Of a stretch of 64,000 nucleotides of DNA, positions 21,649 to 34,615 are shown piece by piece (positions within the stretch are counted from its first letter, which is position 1; every line of letters begins with the position of its first letter). The notes under the pieces were generated by a model that saw nothing but the letters and a program-made list of their open reading frames with translations, did no database searches and was not told the origin of the DNA. A program made the position numbers and the translations under genes. Origin of the DNA: Lama guanicoe. Taxonomy: Eukaryota. The stretch spans positions 2,858,151 to 2,922,150 of the forward strand of contig MU054001.1 in the NCBI GenBank assembly GCA_013239625.1, written 5' to 3'.

Positions 21649-21805
21649 TAGGACAGTACGTAGTACTGTGTGGGGCCCAGTGCCAAGTGATCAGAAATGA
21701 AGAACTGCAAGATGGTGACAGCCGAGCATTAACCAAGCATAGAGCCCTTCTGAGCGTGAGGCCTTGTGCACCTGTGCGGGTCACGTGCCCATGCAGCCTG
21801 CCCTG
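21649..21805 (-). mobile_element. MER45A-like hAT-Tip100 MITE
   Basis: tggggcccagtgccaa...caagatggtgacagccgagcattaaccaagc...gcccttctgagcgtgaggccttgtgcacctgtgcgggtcacgtgcccatgcagcctgccctg matches reverse MER45A. Confidence 0.8.
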
Positions 21806-22628
21806 CTGGTGCTCCAGCTGCCACACCTCCTGGCGCCAGGCCCACAGCTACTACTTTTATTTCTCCTTCTTTCCACTCTTTTCCCCCTTTCCCCTTCCTC
21901 TTCCTCCTCCTCAAGGCATTATGCAAAAATCTCCTGCCTGCTTCCTGTCTTCATCTTTCCCTTTGCCCTCATTTTTTTAACTGAGATACAGAACAGATCC
22001 TCCTTTAAAGGTGGTCTCATTCATTATTTTTCTTTCCTACCTCTCACTTCTCTTCTGGTCGACCTGAAATATCTTAGTCGGGTTTTTGATTCCTCTCTCA
22101 AGAGATCTAACCTAATTGTGCTTTCTTCAGAGGTTGGCTGTGTTACTTCAATAATAACACAGATCAACAGAAGTATATTCACCATTTGCTTGTTCCTTGG
22201 AACATGGTAAGGCTCACAGAGTATCAGCCATCCTCATCCTCCCCTTCAGCCTTCTCATCATCGTTATAATTGATTCCATCATATACCCCTCAGGAATCCT
22301 TGAGTCTAGGCAAAACTTTCTTTTGTTCTTGCATGTGTCATGATAATGTTTCTCCCCCATTCATTAGTTTTGGCTTTTCATTTGGTCATTCTGTCTTTTG
22401 TTTATTCAACATCATTTATTGGTTCCCAGAATACACAAAGATGGGAGAAAGGACAAGATAGTCCCTATTATTTTTTTAAAAAGTACTTTCGATTATTTTT
22501 CCATTTTCTGTTTCATGTCTGTAATCTCTTTTAATCCTCATGCCACGCTTATGTTGAGAAAGGGATAGCAATAAAATTGCTCAGGAAGGTGAGCTGGATT
22601 GGCTAAGATTACAGGGAAGGTTAGTGCC

Positions 22629-23027
22629 TGTCACGGACTGAATTGTATCCCCCCACCTCCCACCAGATTCATATAGTGAAGCCCTAACTCCAGTGTGACT
22701 ATACTTGAAAATAGGATGTTTAGGGAGGTAATTAATGTTAAAATGAAGTCATGAGGATGGGGCCCTTATCTGTTACAACTGGTGTCATTATAAGGAGCAG
22801 AAGAGACATCAGACATCTCTCTCTCACCATGCACGCACAGAGGAAAGGCTCTGTGAGGACTCACCGAGAAGTCCTCCATCTGCAAGCCAGGAAGAGAATT
22901 TCTCATCAGAAACCAAACTTGCCACACCTTGAACCTGGACTTCTAGCCTCCAGAACTATGAGAGGATAAACTTTTTTGTGGTTTAAGCTGTGATGCTCTG
23001 TTACGGCATCCTGCACAGGCTGGTACA
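22629..23027 (+). mobile_element. MLT1A/MLT1B solo LTR inserted in a MIR
   Basis: tgtcacggactgaattgtatcccccc...ctgcaagccaggaagaga...ggacttctagcctccagaactatgaga...taca. TSD gtgcc/gtggc. Reverse MIR halves on both sides (~22530-22628 and ~23028-23080). Confidence 0.9.
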
Positions 23028-23311
23028 GTGGCAAAGCCAGGACTGGAACCCAACGTCTGTGTGCTCCTGAGCTAATGCTCCTTCAACACAGGGCAGGGAC
23101 TTCTGAGGTAGCCTGGGGATCGACCCAGACTTCGACTTCTCCTTCATCTTCCATTGACTCCAACTGAGCAGGCAAGAGAGGCAAAATGAAAATGAACAGC
23201 TGCCTGAGGGAGAGGCATCTCGGGCATGAGGGCAGCGGTGAGGTGAGTTTCACATTTTTGGTCTCAGTACCAGGGGCTTGGGTTACAATGTCCACACAGG
23301 GATAGACCATG

Positions 23312-23698
23312 GCTGCTGCAGTCTGCTAGGGCTGCCGTAACAAAGTTCCACAGACTTAGTCGCTTAAATGCCAGAAGGTCATTTTCTCAGAGTTCTGGAG
23401 GCTGAAAGTCCAAGAGTAAGGGGTGGGCAGGGTTGCTTTCTTCTGAGGCCTCTCTGCTTGGCTTGTAGGTGTCATCTTCTCCCTGTGTCTTCACATGGTC
23501 TTCCTTTCATTGTTTCTGTGCCCTAATCTCCTCTTCTTATAAAGATACTTAATCAGATTGGATCAGATCCCACCCTAACACCCTCTTTTAACATAATCAC
23601 CTCTTTAAAAACCCTTTCTCCAAATCCAATCACATTCTGAGATTCTGAGGTTAGGACTTCAATGTCTGCTTTTAAGGAATAGAATTCAACAAATAACA
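23312..23698 (-). mobile_element. MLT1B-like solo LTR
   Basis: agtctgctagggctgccgtaacaaagttccacagact...gttctggaggctgaaagtccaag...ctcttcttataaagatac...gttaggacttcaa. Confidence 0.9.
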
Positions 23699-23927
23699 AA
23701 TGATTTCTAAGACAGGCAACCTCTCTGACAGAATGATTTCTGTGTTCCAAAGCATAGACATTTGTTTGAAAAATAGAAGTAGACATAATATACCAAATGC
23801 ATTACAAAGTTGCCTGTTTTTACTTTCTGAGGCCTTCCTTTTGTGGTGAAATTAGACCAAAAAGCATAGTTGCAAAATTAAAAGGAAAACTAAGAGATTC
23901 AGGCATCTGATGCTGAGATATATATGC

Positions 23928-23930
<3 letters not shown>

Positions 23931-23969
<39 letters not shown>
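23931..23969. repeat. (AC)19 microsatellite
   Basis: Perfect acacac run. Confidence 0.95.
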
Positions 23970-23970
<1 letters not shown>

Positions 23971-24299
23971 TTAGAGGGCCCTTTATGAGGCTTCTCTTTC
24001 CCTTTGCTTGGATCAGAAGCATGAACTCTAGCAGTTATTTTTCATTTCTGTACTTGCCCTTTCTTCTGCCTGGGGTGCTCCTTCCCCAGATATCTTATGG
24101 CTCTTTCCTTCACTTCCTTCTGGTCTCTACTCAGATATCACCAGAATATTCCCTGGCCACCCTAGAATAAAAGCACCCCTCACTGTTTATCTTCCTTGCC
24201 CTCACTTCTTCCGATTTTTCTTTAGCCTGCTTTCGCACGTTCCCCCAAAGTACATGGCCCCTGATGCTGCTGAAGTCAAAACTCACTGATCTCCAACTC

Positions 24300-24530
24300 G
24301 TTCACTGCACAAATGCTTCTTGAGCACCTACTACGTGGCAGGGACCATGCTGTGTTATAGAGAAAAAGAGAGGAGCGACAGAAAGACATCTGCTGTCTTT
24401 CAAGTGAGAGACATAACAACAAAGAAGTGAATAAATGTGCTTGGTCATGTCACAGTGGAAACAGGGAGACCTGTTGGGGGCTACCTGACCCTGAGTGGTC
24501 AAGGAAGGCTTTGTGAGGAGAGGATTTGCA
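24300..24530 (-). mobile_element. L2 3' fragment
   Basis: caaatgcttcttgagcacctactacgtggcaggg...gtggtcaaggaaggctttgtgaggag. Confidence 0.7.
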
Positions 24531-24884
24531 GGAGCAGCCTCTGTTCCACCACCTTCTACCTCTCACCCTTCTCATGATGTGGGCTCAAATCCAGGCCCAG
24601 GAGCTGGGGAGGGAGCATGTGCTAAGTCATCCCCTCCATCAGTTTATCCTCCTCCCTTTTCTACTTTCACCTTCAGCCAGTTACAAACACTTCCATGCAT
24701 GAATATTGATGGGTACAAATAGATGATCCAGGGCTGGGGCGGGCTCTGGGAAGGAGATGGGCTCACCGTCACTGACAGTGTCAAAGCCCTGGTTGTGCCA
24801 TGACATTTCATACTGTTTCACCCCTACCTGGGGACTCTCTACCTAAGCCTAGTTGTGTGGCCTGTTTGACCTCAGTAAGCTCAA

Positions 24885-25445
24885 AGTCTTTTAAAGATGT
24901 ATAACAATGACATTTACAAATGCAAATCTGGTCCTACCACTCCCCTGCCCCAGCTTAGAGCCTTGCAGTGGCGTCTCACTGCTCTTGGGGACCTGGGGTG
25001 GTGTGGCTCCAGCCTCTCCAGCTCCATCTCCAGTCACCATCCCCTCTTGCTGTCCACTGTGGTCACAGTGGACACTTTTTAATCCTTTGGATTTACCGTG
25101 CTTCCTCCAAGCTTTTGTACATGCCGTTCTTTCTTTCTAGAAGGCTTTTCCCTCTGTTTTAACCAAGTGAACTCATTCTTAACATTTAACTCAAATATTA
25201 TTTCTTCAAGGAAACTTCTCATGATCACTTGCCTCTCCTGTATGGCATGGTTGCAATTTCATGTCAATCTGTTTGATACCTGATTCATGTCACCTCTCCT
25301 ATTAGAGAGTAAACGCTTTGGGAGCTGGGACTGTGACATTGCTGTTGACCACAGTATCCCCCGCCTTAACACAGGGCCTGCACTGTAGGAGGTACTTCCT
25401 CATATTTGTTGAATGAGTCAACGATTGAATCACTCAATCAAAGTC
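24885..25445 (+). mobile_element. L2 3' fragment
   Basis: aaatgcaaatctggtc...ccttgcagtggcgtctcactgctctt...ctcaaatattatttcttcaaggaaacttctc...cacagggcctgcac...atatttgttgaatga. Confidence 0.8.
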
Positions 25446-26289
25446 CTTTTTTTCTTTGTACTCCCCTTTCAGGCACCAACAAGGTCAGTAACAGTTGTTG
25501 GAGAAAAAGTCAGTTCCTGTCCAGGCATACAGTCCGCTGCATAGAAAACATTGAGTCACTGCTCCGAAGAGGCCGATCCCTTCTTGCCAGTTGCTTACTT
25601 GTTGGTTTCACTAGGGAGAGTCCTGCCTCGGAGACAGTGATGCTCGTGGTGAGGGTTGTTGGGGGAAGAGTGTCTGAGGATGAATGCTCGCAGTGGGCTG
25701 ACCTATACTTCTCCATCACGGTGTGAGTGTTCATGTGCACCCACACGCATATAGAGAGCACTCCTACATTTACCTTCCCACCTTTTTCCCCCCTACTATT
25801 CTTTCCCTTTCAACCCAAGTTACAGCCTTTTCTAAAGGTTGTTGGTGTAAATGGGATGAAATCGCTCAGTATCATAAATAAAATTCAAGAGGAGTAACGG
25901 GCACAGGTTTGGGGGATGATTGCTCCTCCCTCCTGCTCTATAATTTATTGTTTTTCTTCTGCGGGAAGCCAAATGATATTTCTCTAATTAACAGACACAG
26001 GCAACTATCGTATAAATCAACATCATAGCCTTTTTAGTGATGCAATCACTTTATGATCAGGGGATATAAATTAAACATCACAAATGCATCTCAAGCAGCA
26101 AAACATAATGAAATAAGAAGAGAGGGGTTGTCTGGCTCTGGGGAGTGTGGGCACTGAGAGGGATGTTCACTCTGGGAGCTGCTGATTTTGCCTCAGTATA
26201 ACCTGAGGGGTATACCCTGCCCATGGGCAGGGACACAGAACATTCATGTACTTTCTGTCCTATGTTGCCTGTGGGTGTGAGTTCAGTGT

Positions 26290-26545
26290 ATGTACACTGG
26301 AGAGCCCAGGATCTGGGTGGTAACCTCAGCCTTGCTCCATATTCCCTGCATGACCTTTGGGAAGTCACTGGCTTCCATGAGCTCCCTTTTTTTTCATTGC
26401 AAGTTGGAGAAAATTATGGTACTTACTCCACAGCGTGATTGTGGGCATTAATGCATACAAGGCACTTAGGATAGTGTCTAACATGTAAAGAAAAGTTTAA
26501 TTCAATTGAACGCTTATGATTGTGATTATCATTACTATTATCCCC
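26290..26545 (+). mobile_element. MIR SINE
   Basis: ggatctggg...ctgcatgacctttgggaagtcact...gattgtgggcattaatgcatacaaggcacttaggatagtgtct. Confidence 0.7.
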
Positions 26546-26574
26546 AACCTCAAATTTTGTGTCTCTCCATTTTA

Positions 26575-26742
26575 GTGTTTAGTTGCCATGTAATCACTTA
26601 AAATGCTGATTTCTGGGCCACAGACTCCACAGTCTGATTTCAAAACCTGGGGGAGATTAGGGCCCAGGACTCTGCATTTTAACAACCTTATTGCCACGTC
26701 TGGTGTTGGAAGTCCCTGAATCACATTTGGAAAGTACTGCTC
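26575..26742. mobile_element. MER5-family hAT-Charlie MITE
   Basis: ttaaaatgctgatttctgggccacagac...gggcccaggactctgcattttaacaa...cacatttggaaagtactg. Confidence 0.7.
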
Positions 26743-27139
26743 TATGGCATGCATGGAAAATTGAGGCATTTGCTGAGTACCTAGTTCAGTCTAAATTCTA
26801 CCTGCTAGGAATAAGACAGTGCCCAAAAACATCCAGGGAGCAGATTTAAATTATTTTTATATTTCCTTCTAGGAATTGGACTCTGGATGGCCTTTGCTGG
26901 GCGCACTGTCCTTTCCCTACTTCCCTAACACAGAGCTCGATTCCTCGGCTTGGAGGGTGGCTGGGAGATAAGACCCCATCTGGAGATAAGGGTGGGAAGA
27001 TGAGCTTTGGTGACTCCTTTTTATTCACACGGCTTATATCTTCTTTCTTCCTTCCCAACCCCTTTTCTCGTTCCCAAATTTGATAATTATTTATTAGTTC
27101 CTCCCAACCTAAAACCTTGGGGAGGCGATAATATGTTCC

Positions 27140-27350
27140 AGTTGATAAAACATTTAACTATTTGTGATCTCATGTAAAATTCCTAATCCTGCGAGACCAG
27201 CAGGAAAGAGAGATTATTATATCCATTTAAGAGATGAGAAAACTGAGGTTCAGAAATACAAGAGGATTTTTCTGAGGTCACGCAGTTCTTAAAGAATAAG
27301 TGAGCATTGCTTTCAGGACTTTTAATGCTAAGTCTAATATTTTTTCTCAC
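27140..27350 (-). mobile_element. MIR SINE
   Basis: ccatttaagagatgagaaaactgaggttcagaaa...gaggtcacgcag. Confidence 0.7.
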
Positions 27351-28414
27351 TGTGACATACAGCCTTTGGTCATTTCCCTTGCTTAGAAACAAATAATTTG
27401 GGGGTTATGAACAACCGTATATAGACACTCATTGTGCTTTGAGATGAAGCACATGTGTGTCTGTGTGTGTGTCAGAGGTGTGGGTGCAGAGCCACTTATT
27501 ACAGCCCCTTGTCCCCTTGCCCTCCATCTTCTTTGTTTCCCCAGTACTGTCCCACACACCCTAACCTCAGTGTCCTAATTAAGTTTTCCATTTTCTTACT
27601 AAAGAAACACTGTCTTAAAACTCTACTCCTGACATTTTAAGCAAATCCAGGAGCCATTGTCTCTAGAAGTGTTGGAGCATTTTATAGAATGTCATGAGAT
27701 TTTAAAAGTTGAGAGGATGATGTGTTGGAGGACACATGAGGCATTTCCTTCTCCCCTTTGGTCTTTCTCCTTTCAGTCACCTAGGCGTTATGTGTTCGCT
27801 GCTCCAGGGAAAGATCACCCAACAAGGGAGAGAGGAAGGAGGGGTTTTGGAGTGGCTCTTGCATTTCCGAAGTCCAGACTGTAGGGTGAGGGGAAGACCC
27901 ACTGGCATAATTTGGGCATGGATCTGGGGAAAGTCAGTAAGTAAGGAATAAAAGAAAGTGCTGGACTTTGGGACAGGAAAGGATGGCAGTGGGTAAAGAG
28001 AGAGAGAGAGAGGCTGGTGGTCTGATGAGGCTGGCTCTGAGTGGAGGGAGCATGTGGGCAGAGCAGAGCCCCATCGGGAGGTTCCTCAGCCTCCGCCCAG
28101 CATCCTCTCAAGAAGGTTTTTTCCATGGTTAACCCTTACAAGATGAAGGGGACCTCCCTGTATCTGCAGAAGGTCTAGCCACACCTCGGTTGAGTGTCGC
28201 ATAGAGCCCGCCCTGGGGACCTACAGTGGTTGCCCTTCCCATAGGATGAGCCTCTTTGGCCCAGCCAGCATGCTGTGCTCAGCTGACCCCAAAACAGATC
28301 TCAGTCCTCATCCAACCCACCCCATGTGGCCAGCCCCCATTTCAATTCCATGGGAGACTTATATATATCTGAGGCACAGGGCATGCACCCTGAGCACCCA
28401 GAAGGCGGGGTGGT

Positions 28415-29330
28415 GTCTGTTTGTTTGTTTAGTTTTAGTTTTATTTAGAACACTTTATTTGGTTAGAGCAGTTTTAGGCTCACACCAGTGTTCAGAAAGT
28501 TTAGAGATTTCCCATACACCCCGTCCCCACACATGCACGGCTTCCCATGATCGTCACTGGCCCCCGCAAAGTGGTACATTTGTTACAACTGAAGAATCCA
28601 CTTTGACACATCATTATTAACCAGAGTTTACAGTTTACAGTTTACTGGTGGTGGTGTATTTCTGTGAGTTTAGAGAAATATATACTGACATATATCTACC
28701 GTTAGAGTATCACAACAGAATATTTTCACTGCCATAAAAATACTCTGTAATCTACCTGTTCCTCCCTTCCCACCCCCTCATACCTGGTAACCCCTGACTT
28801 TTTTACTGTCTCCATAGTTTTACCTTTTCCAGAATGTCATTTAGTTGGAATCATACAGTATGTAGCCATTTCAGGTTGGCTTTTTTCACTTTGTAATATG
28901 CATTCAAGTTTTCTCCTTGTATTTTCACAGCTTGATAACTCATTTCTTTTTAGTGCTGAATTATATTCCATTATCTGGATTTACCACAGTATACTTATCC
29001 ATTCATCTACCAAAGGACATTTTAGTTGCTTCCAATTTTTGGCAGTTATGAATCAAGCTGCTATAAATATTCCTGTGCAGGTTTTTGTGTGGACATAACT
29101 TTTTGACTCCTCTGAGTACATGCCAAGGAGTAAGACTGCTGGATCATACGGTAAAGGTATGTTTAGTTTTGTAAGAAACTGCCAAACTATCACCGTTTCT
29201 CATTCCCATCAGCAGTGAATGTAAGTGAATGAATATTTCTACTGCTGTACATCTAAGCCAGCATTTGGTGTTGCCAGTGTTCCGGACTTTGGTCCTTCCC
29301 ATAGGGGTATAATGGTATCTTGTTGTGATG
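28415..29330 (-). mobile_element. L1MC-type 3' UTR and ORF2 end
   Basis: ttagagcagttttaggctcac...gtggtacatttgttacaactgaagaa...ttttccagaatgtcat...atcaagctgctataaatatt...ttgtaagaaactgccaaact. Confidence 0.9.
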
Positions 29331-29902
29331 GTGATATTTTAAAGAAAGCCCTCAACATCAGTACTCGAGTGGAGCCAGCTGGGCCATCTCAAATAGCTCT
29401 CGTCTCCTCAGGGCCAAGACAGTGGTCAGTACACCTGTGCTGCTGTATCTACATGGGCATCAGGCCTCCTGGAACTTTGTGCCACATCAGATAGAATTTT
29501 ATATTATATTTGAATATAACTGTGAATACTAGTTTAACTAGTTTAAAAAAATACAGGAGGGAAAACTTGAAATGAGAATACCTATCGATTCAAGTTCATA
29601 TATGAATGTATGGATTGTTTGGTCCATTGGCTGCAAATCTGAAAAGCAGAGCCACTATTTGATTTCTATGACAAGATCCGTGACCCAGCTGGTGTAGCGT
29701 GAGTTCCAGGTGGTTGTGCCCTAGGAATCCCTGCAACTTCCCTCTGGAGTAACATCCAGTTCACTTCCAGATATTCCTGAAGCCTGACACCAGGTGCCTT
29801 CGGAGGGGGTGTGGCCTACAATAGTGTAATGTCTTTTCCACAACAGCTACCTTACTTTTCAAGTCAGAGGAAATATGCTATCTTAATTGCCTTGTTTTCT
29901 TT

Positions 29903-30012
29903 CTTTCTTTTTTTTTTTTGGCTGTTTTTTTTTAAACTTGAAGTATACTTGATTTATGTTTCAGATGTAAAGCAAAGTGACTTGGTTATATATGAATTCT
30001 TTACCTTGTTTT
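29903..30012 (-). mobile_element. Short 5'-truncated cetartiodactyl L1 tail
   Basis: Poly-T followed by ttgaagtatacttgatttat...gtttcagatgtaaagcaaagtgacttggttatata. Confidence 0.65.
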
Positions 30013-31197
30013 CTTAAATGCAAACCACAATCCATGAGGCCAACCTATCATTTTGCTGCTCTCACCTGGTTCAGCTGAAGTCTAGAGCTATTAAAATCTT
30101 CTTGAGAGGAGTCTTGAGATAATGTGGCTGCTAAACTTCCGCTTTTTACGACCATGTCTTTTGTCTCCGCTGCTATCGTGAATTGTGAATTCCATCCTGT
30201 GTCAGCAGTCTTCCTGTTAAAGCCCTATTGATCTGGAGACGGATGAACTCATTTTTCTTTTCAAGGTATGAAAGTGGAGGTGGTCCTGGCACACTTCACT
30301 AGATGGCGGGAGGAAGTTGGCTTCCAGCCCCCTTTGCCCACCATGTCTAATTAACATGGAGTCTACCTTCTTTGATGAGTTCATAAGTGTTTCACAGACA
30401 GGAGGGATGTAGCAACTTTGCAAGACACTATTTAAAGATCTTCGACATCTGAGAAAGCCACAAAATCCAATAATCCTACTTTCAGAACTCCAGGGTGTCC
30501 ACCGAGATCAATCTCATATCTAAACATCACATAAAGAGAGTGCATTGCATTATAGACTGGTTTCTATTGAACACCACCTAAGAAACAGCATTAGACAGTT
30601 TTAAGGAAAAAAAAATGGAGCCTATACTAAAGGGAATGGAAAAGGTTGTCAAATTCTGGAAAATTTTCCCCTTGATTAAAGCTGCACTTTCAAAATTGTT
30701 ACATTATTAACAAAAGTCAGCTTAGCTCCAATTTATCTTTTGGACAGTTTCTTGATGGATTAGATGTTGGGAATAAACTGGAGGCGCTTTTATGTTCCTC
30801 TTTGGGCACAGACAAAGCTGCTATTAATTCTTCCCTGGGTACCTACAGTTAATACCTGCACAAGGTCCTTCTGAGTGGGTTAATGAGTGTTGAAGTTGTA
30901 TTTTCTTAGTGGTGGTGGGGGGCACCTACACCTGTGCCCATTCTGGCATGTGCCCCTCAGTGCAAGGTGTATCTGGTGTTTGTTAGCAGACAGGAGTCAA
31001 GCACAGAAAAGGGAGCATTTGACTCAGATGTGTGGAGAGCTTCCTCTTTCTGAGGCTGGAGGAGGTTCCTTTAGCTTCTTTCTTGACAAATTAATAGCAT
31101 TGAGAGATGCTTTCCATTTTTCTTGAGGATAAGAAATAGATTTACTTCGCTTGATATATTTTTGCTTTACATTGTCAGTTTTTTTAAAATCATCATT

Positions 31198-31488
31198 AAT
31201 ATTTCTAACCCTGTGCTTCATGGAACACTGAATCCGTGTGTATGGAAAGCAAATATCCCTGTGCTTAATTAAGCTTGAAAAATGCTGGTGGAACAAAATC
31301 GTAAAAGTTTTCTTTACTGCAGGACTTCTCAGAGCTTTTAATATGCCAAGGTGCCCTGTGAATTTTCACAGGATTAGAAAAAAGGAGCTAATATTGAATT
31401 TCCTAAATGTATTTGATCATGAAATTCTTTATCAACAAACCTCTCTCTCTGGACAACTTTTTGGGAATATGCTTTGGAAAATGCTTGC
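31198..31488. mobile_element. MER103C-like hAT-Charlie element
   Basis: ttctttactgcaggacttctcagagcttttaatatgc...atttgatcatgaa...ctttggaaaatgct. Confidence 0.75.
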
Positions 31489-33689
31489 TGCTCTGGGCAC
31501 GTATTGCATTTCAGGCGTTGGCAACTTACAGCGTAGTCTAAGAAGAGACACTAGAGAAAGGGAAAGTCAAGTGGGTTAGGTTTTCCCTTAAAATACACTT
31601 CCACATCTCAGTTCTCCCCAGACTGTTTTTTTTTTTTCAAAACTGCAACAATTTCTCAAGTCTCTAATTCAAAGGTAGTAATTGGTCATTTGGCTGGATC
31701 TGAGCCACAGAGATACAAATAGCTTGGAATTTAGTTACATTTCTTTGAGCAGCTCCAATTTCCTTATGTTTGTCTGTTCCTATACACTTGAGAAGCTCTG
31801 ATACAAGAAATTGTGTCTATTTCATGTTCAACATCTGGATGAAAAGTGAAAAAAGAATCATCTCATAGATCCAGCTACTTTTTATACCAAAGTCAAATCC
31901 ACCTCCTTTTTAATGATCTTAAAACTTATTCTCATCTTTCTCTGAGTATCTTCTGATATCCCCTTTCACCCAATGTAGACACCTAAATTAAGTTTCCAGT
32001 GTTCTAGTGTTTTTTCTACAGTATGTTTACTAGCATAACGTTATTTGACCTAACTCCCTGAGGCCCTCCTTCCTCTCTCTCCCTTTCTATCTCAAGGGTT
32101 TTCCTTCTGAATTTTTGGTTTTAAGATATGGACCAGTGCCCTTGGGACATGCACAGATGCAGAATTTCTCACAAAACCAGATTAAGAAGAGAGCTAAAAT
32201 CAGAAAACCCCAACACGAGAACCCTAATATGTCCTCACACTACGCTCTGTGACCTCTCTTTATTTTGTACTAGTTCCAACTTAAGTAAATTCCATGGCAT
32301 TTAGTTGGTGAGACACTAACTCTTTTATGGCAAAATGAATTAGTGTGTTATTTATATATTTTAAACTTAGTTAGACACTCCCTTAAGGCTCACAGCCAAG
32401 TCAATAAAGTTATGTTTGAAGATGGAGTTTGAAATTCTATTTTCATTCATTTTAATGGTTTACAAGTAAATTGCATTTTCTACTTCATTCGGTGACATAA
32501 GTCAATAGGTATCCAATGTAAATGTAGTTCATTTATATCTGAATTGATGTTCTGTCCGCCATTACCTTATGTTTCTAATGCATTCTGATACATTAGTAAA
32601 TAGGCTTGTCTGATTAATCATTAGCACATGAAAAGAATTAGCTGCTGCCTGCCAAATGGAATTATTGACACTGATAAGAGGACCAATGATGGTATCACCT
32701 GGAAATGGGGTGTGCAAGTAATTCAAGAAAAAAAAAATCCCTCAATGAATATGGAGACTGTTAAAAGTATTTCATTAATGCTTCACATTCTACCCTTTCA
32801 TTAAAAAAAAAATGATTTTCTAACCCTCAAACTTGATGAAAAATATTTTGATTTACTTTATAAACTTTGCTACCTAAAGTCTAAATACACTTTTAGTCTA
32901 GGAAAGAAACTTCTTGATCATTGAAGAATAACAGAGGTTTTAGAACCTTCAAGAAGGAAACAGAGCACAAAGGAAGCCCTTAGAAGCTGTGATTCACAGC
33001 CTGGAGTTTAGTCCTGTTTAGCCTAAATATCTGTGTTCCAGGTAGCCTATCTGATCCTAATTTTGGCCACAGAAGTTTATGGGGGCCAGAGAAATTTACA
33101 TGCATATGTACCCGGACACACAGACACACAGACACAAGCAGGAACACACACCCACACAGGTTTGGACTTATATGCTCTTTGGGGAAACCTCATGCTGCAC
33201 ATTATCTCCATTTATCGACCTCTAGTGTGGTGCTTTGACACAAGGGGACAGACTTGAAGTCTATGTCATATACGGCAACTCTGGCATGTCCCTGGGATAA
33301 AGCAGCATGACATACCTAAAAGGGTCAGAGCCCCATCATTTTGAAAATGCTCGTGTAACTCTGCTTTGCTATTGTTTGAGCCATTAGATTTAAAAGCTCT
33401 TCTGTGTGATTGCCAAGTACATTAATGTGAAAAAATGATCAAAGTCTAGCTGCCTGAGCTGCCAAAACTTGTGCAATGTCTTCAGGCAGCGCTGAGGTGT
33501 GGTGGCATGTTGCAGAGTCACTGTTGCTGGAGTTTGCTTTAAGGCAGCACATAGGATGGGTGCAAAAGATGTGTTAGTGTGAGCGCCTTTGCTTCAGTAT
33601 GACCTGAAGTATGACCTGCTGTGTTCTTCAGAAATATGACTAATGAAGGGGCATATTCCCTCGGGAGATTCCTGATTGACCAAGGATTC

Positions 33690-33880
33690 TGATGAGACAT
33701 GAGTCAGCTGCCTAACTTCTTAGCACGTCTCTAGTGATTAACACTGTCTTCTCTTTCCTCAGTTTCCCCATGTGTCAAGTGGTGAAAATAATTGCTGTCT
33801 TTCCTACCTCCCAGGGGGTTTGAATTGCAAACAAAAGAATGATTATGAAAACATTAAGGGAGGGCTTTTTAGATGCAAGA
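33690..33880 (+). mobile_element. MIR/MIR3 fragment
   Basis: cctcagtttccccatgtgtcaagtgg...cctacctcccagggg. Confidence 0.55.
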
Positions 33881-34349
33881 CGGCAGAGATCCTGGCTTTA
33901 CTGCAGCATGACTTCTCTCTTTAGAACTAGAAGCTGCTTGAAGGCCTGTAGGATGGGTTTCCAGGCAGCATGGACTGAACAAATAGTTTTTTAATTTAAC
34001 TCAAATGAGATGCTGCATATTTCATTTTTTTGTTTCAAACTGGGGGCCGAACCTTCTCTCACTTTTAATGTGACCTTCAGACTCGTTCTGCTCATTCATT
34101 AGACTGCATACTGGCTAGTGCATGGGTTCCTTTGGAGGTCTGTGTTATGTCAGAAGTAGGATAACCAGAGGACTTGTGTGGGTCCTCAGCCCCATATGCT
34201 TTGTTTCATCTTGGCTCTTGTAGGAGACTTTCTCTGTTGTCCTGATAGGAAGTATTCCAGCTTGGCAAACAACACGGACCACATGCAGGGACAGGAGAAT
34301 GCATGATTCACTAGGGACTGATCTACTGTGCAAAGGCCTAGTGTATCGG

Positions 34350-34615
34350 AGAGAAATAGTGCCTATGGCATGGGCTCAGGAGCCAGATTGCCCGTGTTCT
34401 CATCTTGGTCTTCTCACTTATAGGTTGTATGACTTTGGGCAAAGTTATTGTTAACGTATCTCTGTCTCAGTTTCCTCACTTGTAAAATGGGGATGATAAT
34501 ACCGTTTAACTCATGGGATTATTGAGAAGAGGAAAGGTGTAAAGCACATATAGCATTGAATTTAATGTCTGGCCTATAGTGAGCATTCAGAAACCTTATT
34601 TGCTTGTATTTATTG
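34350..34615 (+). mobile_element. MIR SINE, near full length
   Basis: ggagccagattgccc...tgactttgggcaaagtta...tctctgtctcagtttcctcacttgtaaaatggggatgataat...gcctatagtgagcattca. Confidence 0.85.

Noticed and set aside
21273..21980. Longest ORF (235 aa, + strand)
   Set aside because: GTG start, runs through a MER45A element and a pyrimidine tract, no recognisable domain; most likely a chance ORF.
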